NCBI GenBank assembly: GCA_027320175.1
Contig: DAHVLU010000024.1
Coordinates: 16,349 to 80,348 of the forward strand
Direction of reading: 5' to 3'
Length of the DNA stretch: 64,000 nt
Source: Nitrososphaerota archaeon
GTDB taxonomy: Archaea; Thermoproteota; Nitrososphaeria; Nitrososphaerales; Gagatemarchaeaceae
Part shown: piece by piece, positions 16,809 to 26,635 of the stretch
How positions within the stretch are numbered: the first letter of the stretch is position 1
Layout: each line of letters opens with the position of its first letter
The notes under the pieces: generated by a model
The model's input: only the letters and a program-made list of their open reading frames with translations
Told to the model about the DNA's origin: nothing
Databases searched by the model: none
Translations under genes and position numbers: made by a program

Positions 16809-17087
16809 TTGAAATTCCCAAAGGAGATACGCAGGAACTGCCCGTGGTGTCATAAGCACACGGTCCACTCCGTCGCTCTCTACAAGAGAGGGAAGGAGCG
16901 AGCAGGTTCGTGGGGAGCCAGGAGGCAGGCGGGGAGGAAGCGCGGCTACGGGGGCCAGAAGTTCCCTGAGCTCATCAGGACCGCCAAGACCACCAAGAAG
17001 GCGACCCTGCGGCTGAAATGCAAGGATTGCAACCGTGAAATGATGACCTACGGCATAAGGTTGAGGAAGGCGGAGATCGCGGCATGA
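16809..17087 (+). CDS. rpl44e: 50S ribosomal protein L44e
   Basis: CPWCHKHTVH...KCKDCN zinc-binding L44e pattern. TTG start. Confidence 0.9.
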   Translation: MKFPKEIRRNCPWCHKHTVHSVALYKRGKERAGSWGARRQAGRKRGYGGQKFPELIRTAKTTKKATLRLKCKDCNREMMTYGIRLRKAEIAA

Positions 17088-17281
17088 AGCGAGACAGGGA
17101 GCCGATCCCCAAGCCGAAGAGCACCTTCCTCCTGGTCAAGTGCCCCGACTGCAGCGAAGAGAGGATCCTGTTCTCCAACTCGTCGAAGGACATCGGATGC
17201 AGGGGCTGCGGAAGGAAACTTGCCGAGAGCAAGGGCGGCAAATCTGTCGTCCTGGCCACGGTCGTGAAGCGGCTAGGTTAA
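17084..17281 (+). CDS. rps27e: 30S ribosomal protein S27e
   Basis: FLLVKCPDCSEERILFSNSSKDIGCRGCG zinc ribbon. ATGA overlap with rpl44e. Confidence 0.9.
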   Translation: MKRDREPIPKPKSTFLLVKCPDCSEERILFSNSSKDIGCRGCGRKLAESKGGKSVVLATVVKRLG

Positions 17282-17314
17282 ACGCCAAATACCACGTATT
17301 TTCGCTGAACCGAT

Positions 17315-18115
17315 ATGAGCGTTGAAAGGCCACTTCCTGACCCGGGCGAAGTGGTCGTATGCACGGTCAGGGAGCTTACATCTCACGGCATCTACGTCAA
17401 CCTCGACCAGTACGACGGGACCAACGGCTTCCTACACGTGTCCGAGATATCTACCGGCTGGGTCAGGAACATCGACAGGGTCGCGAAGGTTTCGCAGAAG
17501 CTGATTCTGAAGGTCATACGCGTCAACAGGGCCAGGAGAGAGATTGACCTCTCCCTCAGGCAGGTGACCAACGAGGAGAGGCGCGCGAAGGTCATCGAGT
17601 GGAAGAGAGAGGAGCGTGCGCTCGCCATCGTGGACGCCGTGAAGAAGAAGCTGGGGGTCGACGACGTCAAAGAAAGGGAGATCAGGCGCAAGCTTGAAGA
17701 GGGGTTCGGCACCCTGTATGACGCCCTGGAGACTGCGGCGCGCAAGGGACCGGAGGGCCTCGCGCATGCAGGGCTCACGGACAAGGAGGCGAAGGCAGTC
17801 GCCGAGCTCGCGAAGGAGAAGATCATCCCTCCGAGGTATGAGGTGGGAGCCCTGGTCGAGGTGTCGTCTAGGTCCCCCGAAGGCATCGAACAGGTGAAGA
17901 AGACCCTCATGGCCGCAGCCAGCGCTCCCTCGGCCGAGGTCCACATCACCTATGCAGGCGCGCCGCATTACAGGGTCAGGATAACTGCCGACGACTACAA
18001 GCAGGCAGAGAAGGCGATGGACTTCGTCCTTGAGAAGATCAAGGACGGCGTGGGCAAGCACGACGCGTTCAGCTTCAAGCGGGAGATCTCCAGGAAGTAC
18101 GGCGGCGCGTCGTGA
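17315..18115 (+). CDS. eif2a: Translation initiation factor aIF2 alpha subunit
   Basis: S1 domain (GEVVVCTVRELTSHGIYVNLDQYDGTNGFLHVSEISTGWVRNI) followed by helical and alpha-beta domains. Confidence 0.9.
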   Translation: MSVERPLPDPGEVVVCTVRELTSHGIYVNLDQYDGTNGFLHVSEISTGWVRNIDRVAKVSQKLILKVIRVNRARREIDLSLRQVTNEERRAKVIEWKREERALAIVDAVKKKLGVDDVKEREIRRKLEEGFGTLYDALETAARKGPEGLAHAGLTDKEAKAVAELAKEKIIPPRYEVGALVEVSSRSPEGIEQVKKTLMAAASAPSAEVHITYAGAPHYRVRITADDYKQAEKAMDFVLEKIKDGVGKHDAFSFKREISRKYGGAS

Positions 18116-18123
18116 AGAGCCTG

Positions 18124-18273
18124 ATGTTGAAGTGCGCCGAGTGCGGCAGGTACACCCTGTCCGAGAAGTGCCCAAGCTGCGGCGGCAAGACCGTCACCGT
18201 GCACCCGGCCAGGTACTCGCCTGACGACAAGTACGCCAGGTACAGGAGCCCGCTGGCCTATGAAGAAGGCTGA
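18124..18273 (+). CDS. nop10: H/ACA RNP subunit Nop10 (49 aa, below the ORF-track size cutoff)
   Basis: MLKCAECGRYTLSEKCPSCGGKTVTVHPARYSPDDKYARYR, the classic Nop10 zinc ribbon plus PARFSPDD-like motif. Conserved position after eif2a. Confidence 0.85.
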   Translation: MLKCAECGRYTLSEKCPSCGGKTVTVHPARYSPDDKYARYRSPLAYEEG

Positions 18274-20678
18274 ACCAGCTGGTAGACCAGTATCGCGTTG
18301 AAGCACTGCAGGTTTGAGTTCCCGGGACACGGCGAGTTGCCGTTCTCCGCCGCCGCCAGGCTCGGAGAGACGTAGGCTAGTCTGAACGGCCCGGAGCTGT
18401 TCGTCGGGAAGTTGAAGCTGCTCGGATAGCTGAAGGCTTCGACCGGGGGCGCTCCGTTGGACCCGAACGTATAGGTGGGACTGAAGCCGACCGAGGAGGT
18501 GCCGCCCGAGGTGGTAGAGTAGATGTATCCAGCCAGCTTGAAGGGGAGGAGCAGTCCGAAGAGGCTGTTCTGCATGGCGTAGGGGGTCAGGTTGAAGTCG
18601 TCTACTGTGGTGCACGGCTGCCCCGCCGGCGTCAGCTCGCCGGGCGAGGTCCCAGAACAATCCAGGTACTGCGACTCGTTCAACCCTCCGATGCGGATGA
18701 ACCACTGCTTCTTGCTCTCGTCGCCGCCGCCTGCGGTGAAGCCCCCGCCGCTCGGGACCTGCAGGACGAAGTACTGCTGCGTACTGCCGGAACTGGTGCT
18801 GGTCAGGGGGAAGATGCTACCGGTGATGAAGATCGCGACGTAAGTGGGCCTGCCGCCCCCCATGCTCTCGGCCATGGAGGCGGCCTGGGTGGCGTTGGAC
18901 ATCAGCAGCTGTCCCACCTGGGCGATCCTCGTGCTGTTGAGGGTGGCGTTGTCGACCACCGTCGTCCTGTTGCCCATCACCGCGAACCAGTATCCGTAGT
19001 CCCACCATGAAATCACCACCGAGTTGGTCGGCGTGTTCTGGCGCACCCACTGCAGCGTCTGTATCCAGTCGGTGAACGCCGAGCGGGAGTAGACGGTGGC
19101 TCCGTTGACAAGGCTCACTCCGGAGTCGGCGGGGCTGTTGTCGCAGAACAGCTGCCCGCTGTATGTGCACTGGATCGGGTTGGGGATCCAGTAGGAGCCC
19201 GCGGGAAGGACGATGAGCGCTATCACAGCTATGGAGAAGACGACCTTCATCTCGTTCCGGGAGGTGGGCGCCGCCTTCTTCTTGACCAAGGGGGTGGTGC
19301 TCGGCTTGGCGATGGCGAAGGCCAGCTCAGCGAAGCCGATGCCTCCGAGGATTCCGAGAGCGACCGAAGAGTAGACGAGGAGCCTGGAGAATGCAGCCGA
19401 GAAGTAGAGGCCGGTAAGCCCGAAGACCAGGGCGTAGACCATGGGGACCCCCCTGCGCCTGAAGGCGATCAGGGCCCCGGCCATCCCGAACGAGAGCAAT
19501 AGCGCGTAGGACGTGAAGTAGTCCGCGCCGGTGGGAGCCGCCTGCTCGGCGACTGAGCGGACGAGGGCGTTGCTGACGCTGGCCCAGGGCGCGATCACGG
19601 TCAGGTACCTTAACGTGAGCCCCTTGACCAGCCCGAAGCTAAGGAGTGCCAGACCCCCGAGGCCGAAGCCGAAGATGAACTTCGCCAGGGTGGCCCTGTA
19701 CTCGGCGGGCTTGGACCACGTCTTGGCCCACTGGGCCACGAGCACGAAGACCGTCCCACCGATCATCGCGAGGCCGACCGGGTTGGTGACTATCGTTACG
19801 CCAGGCCTTGGAAAGATGGCGCTTACGAAGAGGGTCGAGGCTGTGAAGGTGACGATGGCAGGCGAGAAGGCTGCCAGGTCCAGGTTCAGGAAGGGGACCA
19901 GGAGGAAGACGAGGGCGAAGGCTCCGCTGAAGAAGTCGCCTCCCCCCCAGGCGGTGTTGGCATAGCCGATCATCGCTCCACTCAGAAGTCCCCAGACGAC
20001 CCTCCCGCGCACCGACCTCTCCTTGTCGAATACGCCCAACATCAGGTAGCTGGCGGCTACGAACAGGAGTATCGCGAGAGGCTCGGACTTGAACCAACCC
20101 AGGTTCCCTCTTTCGATCAGTGGGGGAGAGACCGCGAAGACCAGTGCGGCGAAGAGGCCCGCCGCGTCGCCTGCGATCTTCCTCACCAGGAAGTAGAAGA
20201 TCACGGCCGTTATCGCGCCGAAGAACACGGGGAGGAGGACCAGGAGGTCGTAAAGCGATATCGGGACGCCGAAGACGTTGTGGACCAGCAGGAAGATCAG
20301 GGCTCCGGCGAGCTGAAGCCCCCCCTGTGAGGTCGCGGCCACGTTCCTGCCGACCGGGAACCATGTCTGGATGTCGTGCCAGTAGAAGTAGCCCTGCATG
20401 GTGTGGCAGGCGGTGTAGACCGTCGGGCCGCAGTTAGCGGGGTTGGCGAAGAGGGCGGAGTAGAGCCCCTGCTGGTTTGCCAGGTTCACGATGTGCTGGG
20501 CCGCGTAGTAGTCGTAATACGGGTCGAACTCGTTCAGGTAGAAGCCGTACTTCGCCGCATAGGCCCTGATGAGGACGGCGATGGAGAAGACAATGGCGAG
20601 CACCATGGAAATCATGAGGGCCCTGCGGGATACGGTGGGACGCTTCATGAAAGACCGGAGGGTGTCGAGTGTACCCAA
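18258..20678 (-). CDS. aglB: Archaeal oligosaccharyltransferase AglB (STT3 family)
   Basis: 806 aa with a multi-TM N-terminal half and a WWDYGYW motif. Confidence 0.9.
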   Translation of the reverse strand: MGTLDTLRSFMKRPTVSRRALMISMVLAIVFSIAVLIRAYAAKYGFYLNEFDPYYDYYAAQHIVNLANQQGLYSALFANPANCGPTVYTACHTMQGYFYWHDIQTWFPVGRNVAATSQGGLQLAGALIFLLVHNVFGVPISLYDLLVLLPVFFGAITAVIFYFLVRKIAGDAAGLFAALVFAVSPPLIERGNLGWFKSEPLAILLFVAASYLMLGVFDKERSVRGRVVWGLLSGAMIGYANTAWGGGDFFSGAFALVFLLVPFLNLDLAAFSPAIVTFTASTLFVSAIFPRPGVTIVTNPVGLAMIGGTVFVLVAQWAKTWSKPAEYRATLAKFIFGFGLGGLALLSFGLVKGLTLRYLTVIAPWASVSNALVRSVAEQAAPTGADYFTSYALLLSFGMAGALIAFRRRGVPMVYALVFGLTGLYFSAAFSRLLVYSSVALGILGGIGFAELAFAIAKPSTTPLVKKKAAPTSRNEMKVVFSIAVIALIVLPAGSYWIPNPIQCTYSGQLFCDNSPADSGVSLVNGATVYSRSAFTDWIQTLQWVRQNTPTNSVVISWWDYGYWFAVMGNRTTVVDNATLNSTRIAQVGQLLMSNATQAASMAESMGGGRPTYVAIFITGSIFPLTSTSSGSTQQYFVLQVPSGGGFTAGGGDESKKQWFIRIGGLNESQYLDCSGTSPGELTPAGQPCTTVDDFNLTPYAMQNSLFGLLLPFKLAGYIYSTTSGGTSSVGFSPTYTFGSNGAPPVEAFSYPSSFNFPTNSSGPFRLAYVSPSLAAAENGNSPCPGNSNLQCFNAILVYQLVQPSS

Positions 20679-20726
20679 ATCTGGAAATCGAGCGCCCGCC
20701 GGGCTATTTTAAGCGTGCTTTTTCAG

Positions 20727-21137
20727 TCACTTCGTGAGCAGGGTGTTGAGGTAGGCCGCGTACGCCTTCGCGTCCAGGAGGGACTTGCTCTCCCCCGCGA
20801 AGTCCGATGGCGTCACCTCGACCAGCCACCCCTCGCCGTAGGGCGACTTGTTCACGAGTTCAGGGTGAGCGTCCAGGTCGCCGTTGATCCTCGCGACCTC
20901 CCCCGAAATCGGAGAGTACACCTCGGACACAGCTTTGATTGATTCGACGGTCCCCATCGACTTCATGTGCTCCACCTTCGACTTTGGCTTGGGGGAGGCC
21001 ACGTAGACCACGTCGTTCAGCGTCTTAGCGGCGTAGTCCGTGACGCCTATCCTGACGACGGCCCCTTCTTGCTTCGCCCACTCGTGTTCCTTGGTGTAAA
21101 ACAGCCCCTCGGGGATCTGGTATCCGTGGACCTCCAT
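20727..21137 (-). CDS. gcvH: Glycine cleavage system H protein
   Basis: YTKEHEWAK and the lipoyl-lysine motif VESIKAVSEVYSP. Confidence 0.9.
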   Translation of the reverse strand: MEVHGYQIPEGLFYTKEHEWAKQEGAVVRIGVTDYAAKTLNDVVYVASPKPKSKVEHMKSMGTVESIKAVSEVYSPISGEVARINGDLDAHPELVNKSPYGEGWLVEVTPSDFAGESKSLLDAKAYAAYLNTLLTK

Positions 21138-21160
21138 CGGGCGTGCGCCCTCGCGGCGAA

Positions 21161-22282
21161 CTAATTACCCTTCTGGCGCTTCCAGCCATAGAGGCGCTCG
21201 TCGTAGAACGGCGGCTTCGTGATGGTCCCGCTCTGACGGGCCTCTCTGATGAGCACCCCCACCTGTGCGCCGAAGGCGGAGCGGTCGCTCTTCACCCTGC
21301 ACAGCCCCACCCCCTTCCGGAGCAGAGGCGAGAAGGTACCGCTGGTCACACTCCCAAGCGGGCTGGAGTCGGCAGTGATTTCGAATCCGTGGCGGGGGAT
21401 TCCCGACTCCACGACAAGCCCCCTCCTGACGGTGGCGGGTCCATGGTCCTTGTACTTGGCAAGTGCGCCCGCACCGACGTACCCGGTCTTCCCCGCGGTC
21501 ATGACCCAGGCCAGGTCTGCTTCGAATGGGTCTGTATCTTGGTCGATGTCGGAGCCGTGCAGAGGCAGGCCCGCCTCGAGCCTGAGCGAGTCTCTGGCAC
21601 CGAGCCCACATGGAGCGGAAGTCGCCGCGAGCCGGTTCCAGACCTTCAGCGCGCCCTGAGGGTTCGCCGCCGAAGTCCCGTAGACGATGACCTCGAATCC
21701 GTCCTCGCCGGTGTATCCGGTCCTTGAAACGAGGGCGTCCTCGCCAGCGACCCTTGCCTCCGCGCACCTGAAGCGCTTCAGTTGGCTCAGGTCGAGGTCG
21801 GTGAGCGGTTGCAGCGAAGCCGATGCGGCCGGGCCCTGGACTGCGATCATCGCAGAGTCCTCGGTCACGTCTTGGAAAGCGAGGCCCGAGGGGGCGCGGT
21901 CCATCATGTGGCGGAGGTCAGTCTGATGGTTCGCCGCGTTGACTACCACCATGTATCTGTCGGCCCCCAGCCTCTCGATGATCAGGTCGTCGATGATTCC
22001 CCCCCGCTCGTTGAGCAGCAGGGTGTAGAACGCCTTCCCTGGAGGCTGAGACTCGACCGAGGTGGGGACCAGCTCCTCGAGGAACCCGGTCGCGCGTTCA
22101 CCTCTGACTTCGAACCGAGCCATGTGGGACACGTCGAAGATCCCAGACGCGTTCCTGACCGCCATGTGCTCTTCGCTGGTGGTCGAATACCACAGAGGCA
22201 TGTCGTAGCCAGCGAACTCGGTGAGCTTGGCGTGTTTCGCGTGATAGTCGTAGAGCTGGGTTGTCTTCGGCACCAGCCTCAA
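21161..22282 (-). CDS. gcvT: Glycine cleavage system T protein (aminomethyltransferase)
   Basis: TQLYDYHAKHAKLTEFAGYDMPLWY..., GIFDVSHMARFEVRG, ISRTGYTGEDGFE-like VSRTGYTGEDGFEV. Confidence 0.9.
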   Translation of the reverse strand: MRLVPKTTQLYDYHAKHAKLTEFAGYDMPLWYSTTSEEHMAVRNASGIFDVSHMARFEVRGERATGFLEELVPTSVESQPPGKAFYTLLLNERGGIIDDLIIERLGADRYMVVVNAANHQTDLRHMMDRAPSGLAFQDVTEDSAMIAVQGPAASASLQPLTDLDLSQLKRFRCAEARVAGEDALVSRTGYTGEDGFEVIVYGTSAANPQGALKVWNRLAATSAPCGLGARDSLRLEAGLPLHGSDIDQDTDPFEADLAWVMTAGKTGYVGAGALAKYKDHGPATVRRGLVVESGIPRHGFEITADSSPLGSVTSGTFSPLLRKGVGLCRVKSDRSAFGAQVGVLIREARQSGTITKPPFYDERLYGWKRQKGN

Positions 22283-22302
22283 GGGAGCCCGACTCTATTT
22301 AA

Positions 22303-23091
22303 GTGGGCAACGGTCCGGAGAAGCATTTGCTGACGCTGGTCCCGGTGACGATGCCGAGGAAGAGTGCGAAGTTCGACGTCGTAGAACTGATCGATGCCGA
22401 GGTTGGGGGGAAGCTGAGGGACGGGGACATACTAGTGATTTCGAGCAAGTTCGTCGCCATATCGGAAGGGCGGGTGGTGAAGCTGGCCAGGGTCCGCCCG
22501 GGCGCTCGGGCGAGGGAGCTGGCCGCGGAGCACCGCATGGACCCGAGGCTCTGCGAGCTCGTCGTCCGCGAGTCTGACGAGGTGTTAGGAGGGATCCCCG
22601 GCTTCCTCCTCACAAGCAAGGAAGGGCTGCTCACCCCCAACGCGGGGATCGACAAGTCGAACATAGGGCACGGTATGGTGGTCCTATACCCAAGGAGGCC
22701 GGAAGCGTCCGCGCGGAGGATAAGGGAAGAGCTGAGGTTCTCGAGGGGCGTTTCTGTGGGCGTAGTGATCTGCGACAGCCGGCTCTCACCTACGCGCAGA
22801 GGCACGACAGGAGTGGCCGTGGCTGCTTCGGGGGTGGACGCAGTGCTCGATATGCGGGGGAGGTCCGACCTCTTCGGCAACGTCCTCAAAGTGACCTCGC
22901 AGGCGCTCGCCGACGACCTCAGCTCGGCGGCAGAAGTGTTGATGGGGGAGTCGGACGAAGCGACCCCTGTAGTGATAGTGCGAGGGGCGGGGAAACTCCT
23001 GAAGGACGAGGAGTACCCTGGGAGAAGGTTCGCCATCCCCGTCGAAGACGACGTGTTTCTCAGGAGCCTAGGGTACGGGCACGGCGCATAG
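22303..23091 (+). CDS. cofE: Coenzyme F420-0:L-glutamate ligase CofE-like
   Basis: GDILVISSKFVAISEGR, TPNAGIDKSN, VVICDS...RRGTTGVAV pattern of CofE. Confidence 0.75.
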   Translation: MGNGPEKHLLTLVPVTMPRKSAKFDVVELIDAEVGGKLRDGDILVISSKFVAISEGRVVKLARVRPGARARELAAEHRMDPRLCELVVRESDEVLGGIPGFLLTSKEGLLTPNAGIDKSNIGHGMVVLYPRRPEASARRIREELRFSRGVSVGVVICDSRLSPTRRGTTGVAVAASGVDAVLDMRGRSDLFGNVLKVTSQALADDLSSAAEVLMGESDEATPVVIVRGAGKLLKDEEYPGRRFAIPVEDDVFLRSLGYGHGA

Positions 23092-23123
23092 GCCTAAATC
23101 CACGCCGAGGCACCGGCAGGGCG

Positions 23124-23300
23124 TTGACCTTTGAGATAGCCTGCAGTTCCTGCGGCACGCCTCTGTATTCAGGGTTCGACCTGAGGTCTCCGGGGGACGT
23201 GTTGAAGGCCGCGGACTACCGCTGCAAGAAATGTGGCGCGAAACTCGCGCCCACGAGGTACCAGGTCGAGGTCAGGAAGATCGACGGCTCCTTTTCCTAG
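23124..23300 (+). CDS. Small zinc-ribbon protein (58 aa, below the ORF-track cutoff)
   Basis: TTG start. CSSCG...(27 aa)...CKKCG. Mostly G/C-ending codons. The overlapping minus-strand ORF 23169-23516 looks like a shadow. Confidence 0.45.
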   Translation: MTFEIACSSCGTPLYSGFDLRSPGDVLKAADYRCKKCGAKLAPTRYQVEVRKIDGSFS

Positions 23301-23333
23301 GCAGGAGCTATAGAGCCCGCACGCGCCGGCTGA

Positions 23334-25409
23334 ATGCGTCGGGGGATGATGAATTCGGGGTACACGCTGGTAATCTGTGAGAAGCCAGACGCCGCTAGAA
23401 GGGTGGCAGACGCCCTGTCTGGGGGGAGCAGCAGGGTCATGACGGTGGACGGCGCCTCGGCCTACTCCCTTTCCCGAGGGGGGGAAGAATTCGTAGTCTG
23501 CTCGGCACAGGGGCACCTCTACGCCGTGTCGGACGCCTCGGAGGAGAGGACGGTCTACCCGGTCTTCGACCTGGAATGGTACCCGTCCGACCTGGTAGAC
23601 GAAGACGACGCCGGCGCGGGCAGGCGCATCTCTGCCATCAAGAAGTTGTCGGCAGGAGCATCGAGGTTCGTGAACGCCTGCGACTTCGACGTCGAGGGCG
23701 AAACGATAGGCTACAATCTGCTGAGATATGCGTGCGGGGGCAAGGAGAAGACCGCCCTCAGGGCGAAGTTCTCGACGCTGACAGAGGATGACCTGAGGAG
23801 GGCGTTCGACGGCCTTGAACCTCAGTCAGGGCAGGGGCTCGCCCGGGCTGGAAGGGCGAGGCACTCTATCGACTTCGTGTGGGGGGTCAACCTCTCCAGG
23901 GCGCTTTCGCAGTCGGCTTTGGGCTGGGGGCACAGGTACAAGACGGTGAGCATGGGGCGAGTGCAGGGGCCCACCCTGGGGTTCCTGGTGGAAAGGGAGA
24001 AGGCGATACGAGAGTTCGTCCCCCTGCCGTATTGGAGAGTCACGGGCAAGTTCCGCAGGGAGGGGAAGGAGTTCACCGCTGCATATTCTCAGGACAAAGT
24101 CCCGACCGAGCGCCTGGCAAGGGAGGTCCACGACGGCTGCGTCGGGAAGAAGGCGGTGGCGGCTTCGGTCAGGAGGAGCGCAGTCCAAGTGGGACCCCCC
24201 ACCCCCTTCGACATCGGCGAGCTCCAGAAGGAGGCGTACAGGGCCTTCGGTTACACCCCGAGCAGGACGCTACAGGTCGCCGAGCGCCTCTACCTCGGAG
24301 CCCTGATCTCATACCCCCGGACGGGGAGCCAGAAGCTCCCGCCAACACTCGGCCTGAGGAAGATAGTCTCGGGGATTTCGAAGATGCCTGAGTATTCTGA
24401 AATCGCCGGACGGATACTGAAGTCCGACGCCAGGCCAGTCCAGGGGGCGAGGTCAGACCCCGCCCATCCGGCCCTGCATCCTACGGGGGAGAGGCCGCGG
24501 AGGGCCCTCGACCGCTCGGAGAGGTCCATCTTCGACCTCGTCGTGAGAAGGTTTCTTGCTGCCTTCGGGCCCTCGGCGAGGCGTGAGCTCGTCGACGTCA
24601 CCCTCGCCGTCGGCAGCCACGAGTTCAGGCTTGCAGGAGGGAGGACGCTTTCCCCAGGCTGGATGGAGTACTACGGAAGGTATGCGGGGCTCAGGGACAG
24701 AGAAGTTCCACCGATATCCGAGGGGGAAAGCCTCGATGTCTCCGATGTAGTGGTCGAAGGCAGATTCGACCAGAAACCTGTTCGGTATAACCCAGGCAGC
24801 CTGCTGGAAAAGATGGAGAGAGAGGGGATTGGGACCAAGGCTACGCGAGCGGACGTCATAGCTACGCTGGTGGGAAGAGGGTATGTCGCGGGGGAAGGCA
24901 TGGAAGTGACAGACCTTGGGTTCGCGGTCGCCGAGGCGATGGAGAAGTTCGCGCCGGAGGTCATGGGCATGGGCCTCACGCGCGGCATCGAAGAGAAGCT
25001 GGACGCCGTAGAACGAGGGAAGGAAGAGGAGGCGGAGATGCTCCGGGAGGCGGTCAGGTCCATGGCGAGCCAGCTTGCCGCTCTGGGCGCAGAGGAAGAC
25101 GCCCTGGGGAAGGAGTTGGACTCGGCCCTGACCGGCGCAGCCGCCAAGGCCTTCGCGCTGGGCAGATGCCCCGTCTGCAAGACCGGGGAGCTGAGACTGA
25201 TCAGGTCGAAGACTTCGGGCAAGCGATTCGTCGGGTGCTCGAACTACCCCTCGATCTGTCGCGCTTCCGCCCCTCTGCCTCAAAGGGGGACGGTCAAGGC
25301 TACTTCGAAGACGTGCGAGCGCTGCTCATGGCCCATCGTCCACATCGTGGGGAAAGGGCGCCCCTGGAGGCTCTGCCCTAACCCGGATTGTCCAGGGAAG
25401 AAGAGATGA
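23334..25409 (+). CDS. topA: DNA topoisomerase, type IA
   Basis: TOPRIM (LVICEKPDAARRVA, DFDVEGE), active-site tyrosine context LISYPRTGSQKL, C-terminal zinc fingers (CPVCKTGEL...GCSNYP, CERCSWP). Confidence 0.9.
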   Translation: MRRGMMNSGYTLVICEKPDAARRVADALSGGSSRVMTVDGASAYSLSRGGEEFVVCSAQGHLYAVSDASEERTVYPVFDLEWYPSDLVDEDDAGAGRRISAIKKLSAGASRFVNACDFDVEGETIGYNLLRYACGGKEKTALRAKFSTLTEDDLRRAFDGLEPQSGQGLARAGRARHSIDFVWGVNLSRALSQSALGWGHRYKTVSMGRVQGPTLGFLVEREKAIREFVPLPYWRVTGKFRREGKEFTAAYSQDKVPTERLAREVHDGCVGKKAVAASVRRSAVQVGPPTPFDIGELQKEAYRAFGYTPSRTLQVAERLYLGALISYPRTGSQKLPPTLGLRKIVSGISKMPEYSEIAGRILKSDARPVQGARSDPAHPALHPTGERPRRALDRSERSIFDLVVRRFLAAFGPSARRELVDVTLAVGSHEFRLAGGRTLSPGWMEYYGRYAGLRDREVPPISEGESLDVSDVVVEGRFDQKPVRYNPGSLLEKMEREGIGTKATRADVIATLVGRGYVAGEGMEVTDLGFAVAEAMEKFAPEVMGMGLTRGIEEKLDAVERGKEEEAEMLREAVRSMASQLAALGAEEDALGKELDSALTGAAAKAFALGRCPVCKTGELRLIRSKTSGKRFVGCSNYPSICRASAPLPQRGTVKATSKTCERCSWPIVHIVGKGRPWRLCPNPDCPGKKR

Positions 25410-25612
25410 AGTGTGCAGTCTGCGGTAGGGAGAGCACGGCAGACCTTTGCCGGCACCATGAAGCGGCGAAGGTGAAGTTGCAGGCAGCGTACCCCCTCTG
25501 GGAGAAGGCCTACGGGGGCATCGGTTGGGAAAAGTATTTGGATAGTGTTAAACGCAACGTTCAAACGGGCCAGTGGGCTAAGGAGACAGCAGGGTTTCTG
25601 CTAGGTGGTTAG
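25406..25612 (+). CDS. Small Cys/His protein, translationally coupled to topA
   Basis: ATG overlaps the topA stop (ATGA). MKCAVCGRESTADLCRHH..., 68 aa. Confidence 0.45.
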   Translation: MKCAVCGRESTADLCRHHEAAKVKLQAAYPLWEKAYGGIGWEKYLDSVKRNVQTGQWAKETAGFLLGG

Positions 25613-26020
25613 ATGATAAGACAATCGCTCGAATCGGCGTACCGAAGGACGGTAGGGTCCCTGAAGAACGGGGCCGTAGGGCTACTGGGGTCGCTGACCA
25701 GACGTGGAGGGCTAGTCCAGACGGTGTACGTCCTGACCCTGGTGGGGCTCATGGCTGGGTTCGTCACCGCGTTGGTCTACAGGGTGCCCAACCAGACATA
25801 CATCCCGTATCCGAACGGCCAGGCTGAGACCATCCCCGAAGCTGTGATCAACGCTTTCATCATAATTACCGGCGGCGCCGGCGTCTATCTGGTGTACCTG
25901 AGCGGCAGGCAGACGGTCCGGGCGAGGGCGGTGAACCTCTATCTGGGGTTGGCCCTGCTTCTTCTCGTGGTCTCGATCTTCGCCGGCATAGACCTGGCGC
26001 TTCTCAAGGGATTCGGCTAG
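25613..26020 (+). CDS. Integral membrane protein (about 3 TM)
   Basis: Hydrophobic segments VYVLTLVGLMAGFVTALVY, INAFIIITGGAGVYLVYL, LGLALLLLVVSIFAGIDLALL. Confidence 0.6.
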   Translation: MIRQSLESAYRRTVGSLKNGAVGLLGSLTRRGGLVQTVYVLTLVGLMAGFVTALVYRVPNQTYIPYPNGQAETIPEAVINAFIIITGGAGVYLVYLSGRQTVRARAVNLYLGLALLLLVVSIFAGIDLALLKGFG

Positions 26021-26600
26021 AGAAAACTCCGCCCGGCCACGCCGAGCCTTTCTCTGTCCTGATTTCGACCTCCTCCCCTCTGACGTCCACCGACGCAGTG
26101 ACATCGGAGAGGTTCGAGATGGACCTTCCTCTGCCTGACTTCGAGAAACCCTCGCGCTTGTACATGCTCAGGATGACGGCGCCGCCGTTCCCCCTAGCGA
26201 AGTGCGAAAGGCTAGCAAGGGCGAACATCAGCTTCCTCCCCCTGGAGCTTCCGTCTTCAAGGGAGACCAAGTGATAGAAGCTGTTCAGGCTGTCGATAAC
26301 GATTACCTTCTGTTGGGAGGCGAACAGCGATGAGAACTCGGGTTCGATGTCGGAGCCGGGAGGAGGGACCCTGATAGTGAAGGGGGCCGCACCAGGGAGG
26401 CCTGCGAAGATCAGGTCAGCGTTGGACGAGTAGAGGGCGTCGATGTCAAAGACGACGCATGGATGGCCCGTCTTCGCGACGGCGCTCACGAGCGTGCGGG
26501 CGAACCTGACGTTTGCCTGCCGCCCTTCGACGAGGAAGGTCGCAGTCTTGCCCGCCAGGGGGACCAGCAGAGAGGGCCATCCACCTCCGCTAAAGCTCAT
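26004..26600 (-). CDS. RecA/KaiC-superfamily-like protein with atypical P-loop
   Basis: LLVPLAGKTATFLVEG has GKT but lacks the upstream glycines. Walker-B-like KVIVIDSLNSFYHL. Confidence 0.5.
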   Translation of the reverse strand: MSFSGGGWPSLLVPLAGKTATFLVEGRQANVRFARTLVSAVAKTGHPCVVFDIDALYSSNADLIFAGLPGAAPFTIRVPPPGSDIEPEFSSLFASQQKVIVIDSLNSFYHLVSLEDGSSRGRKLMFALASLSHFARGNGGAVILSMYKREGFSKSGRGRSISNLSDVTASVDVRGEEVEIRTEKGSAWPGGVFSSRIP

Positions 26601-26635
26601 TAGTCGAAGCCAGTCATCTGGGAGAATATATCAAA

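Noticed and set aside
11760-16820. Target-site duplication flanking the inverted-repeat pair or the island
   Set aside because: Only a 7-mer (GCTTCGG at ~12691 and ~16795) is shared near the candidate ends, which is indistinguishable from chance. No casposon-like 14-15 bp duplication was found by eye.
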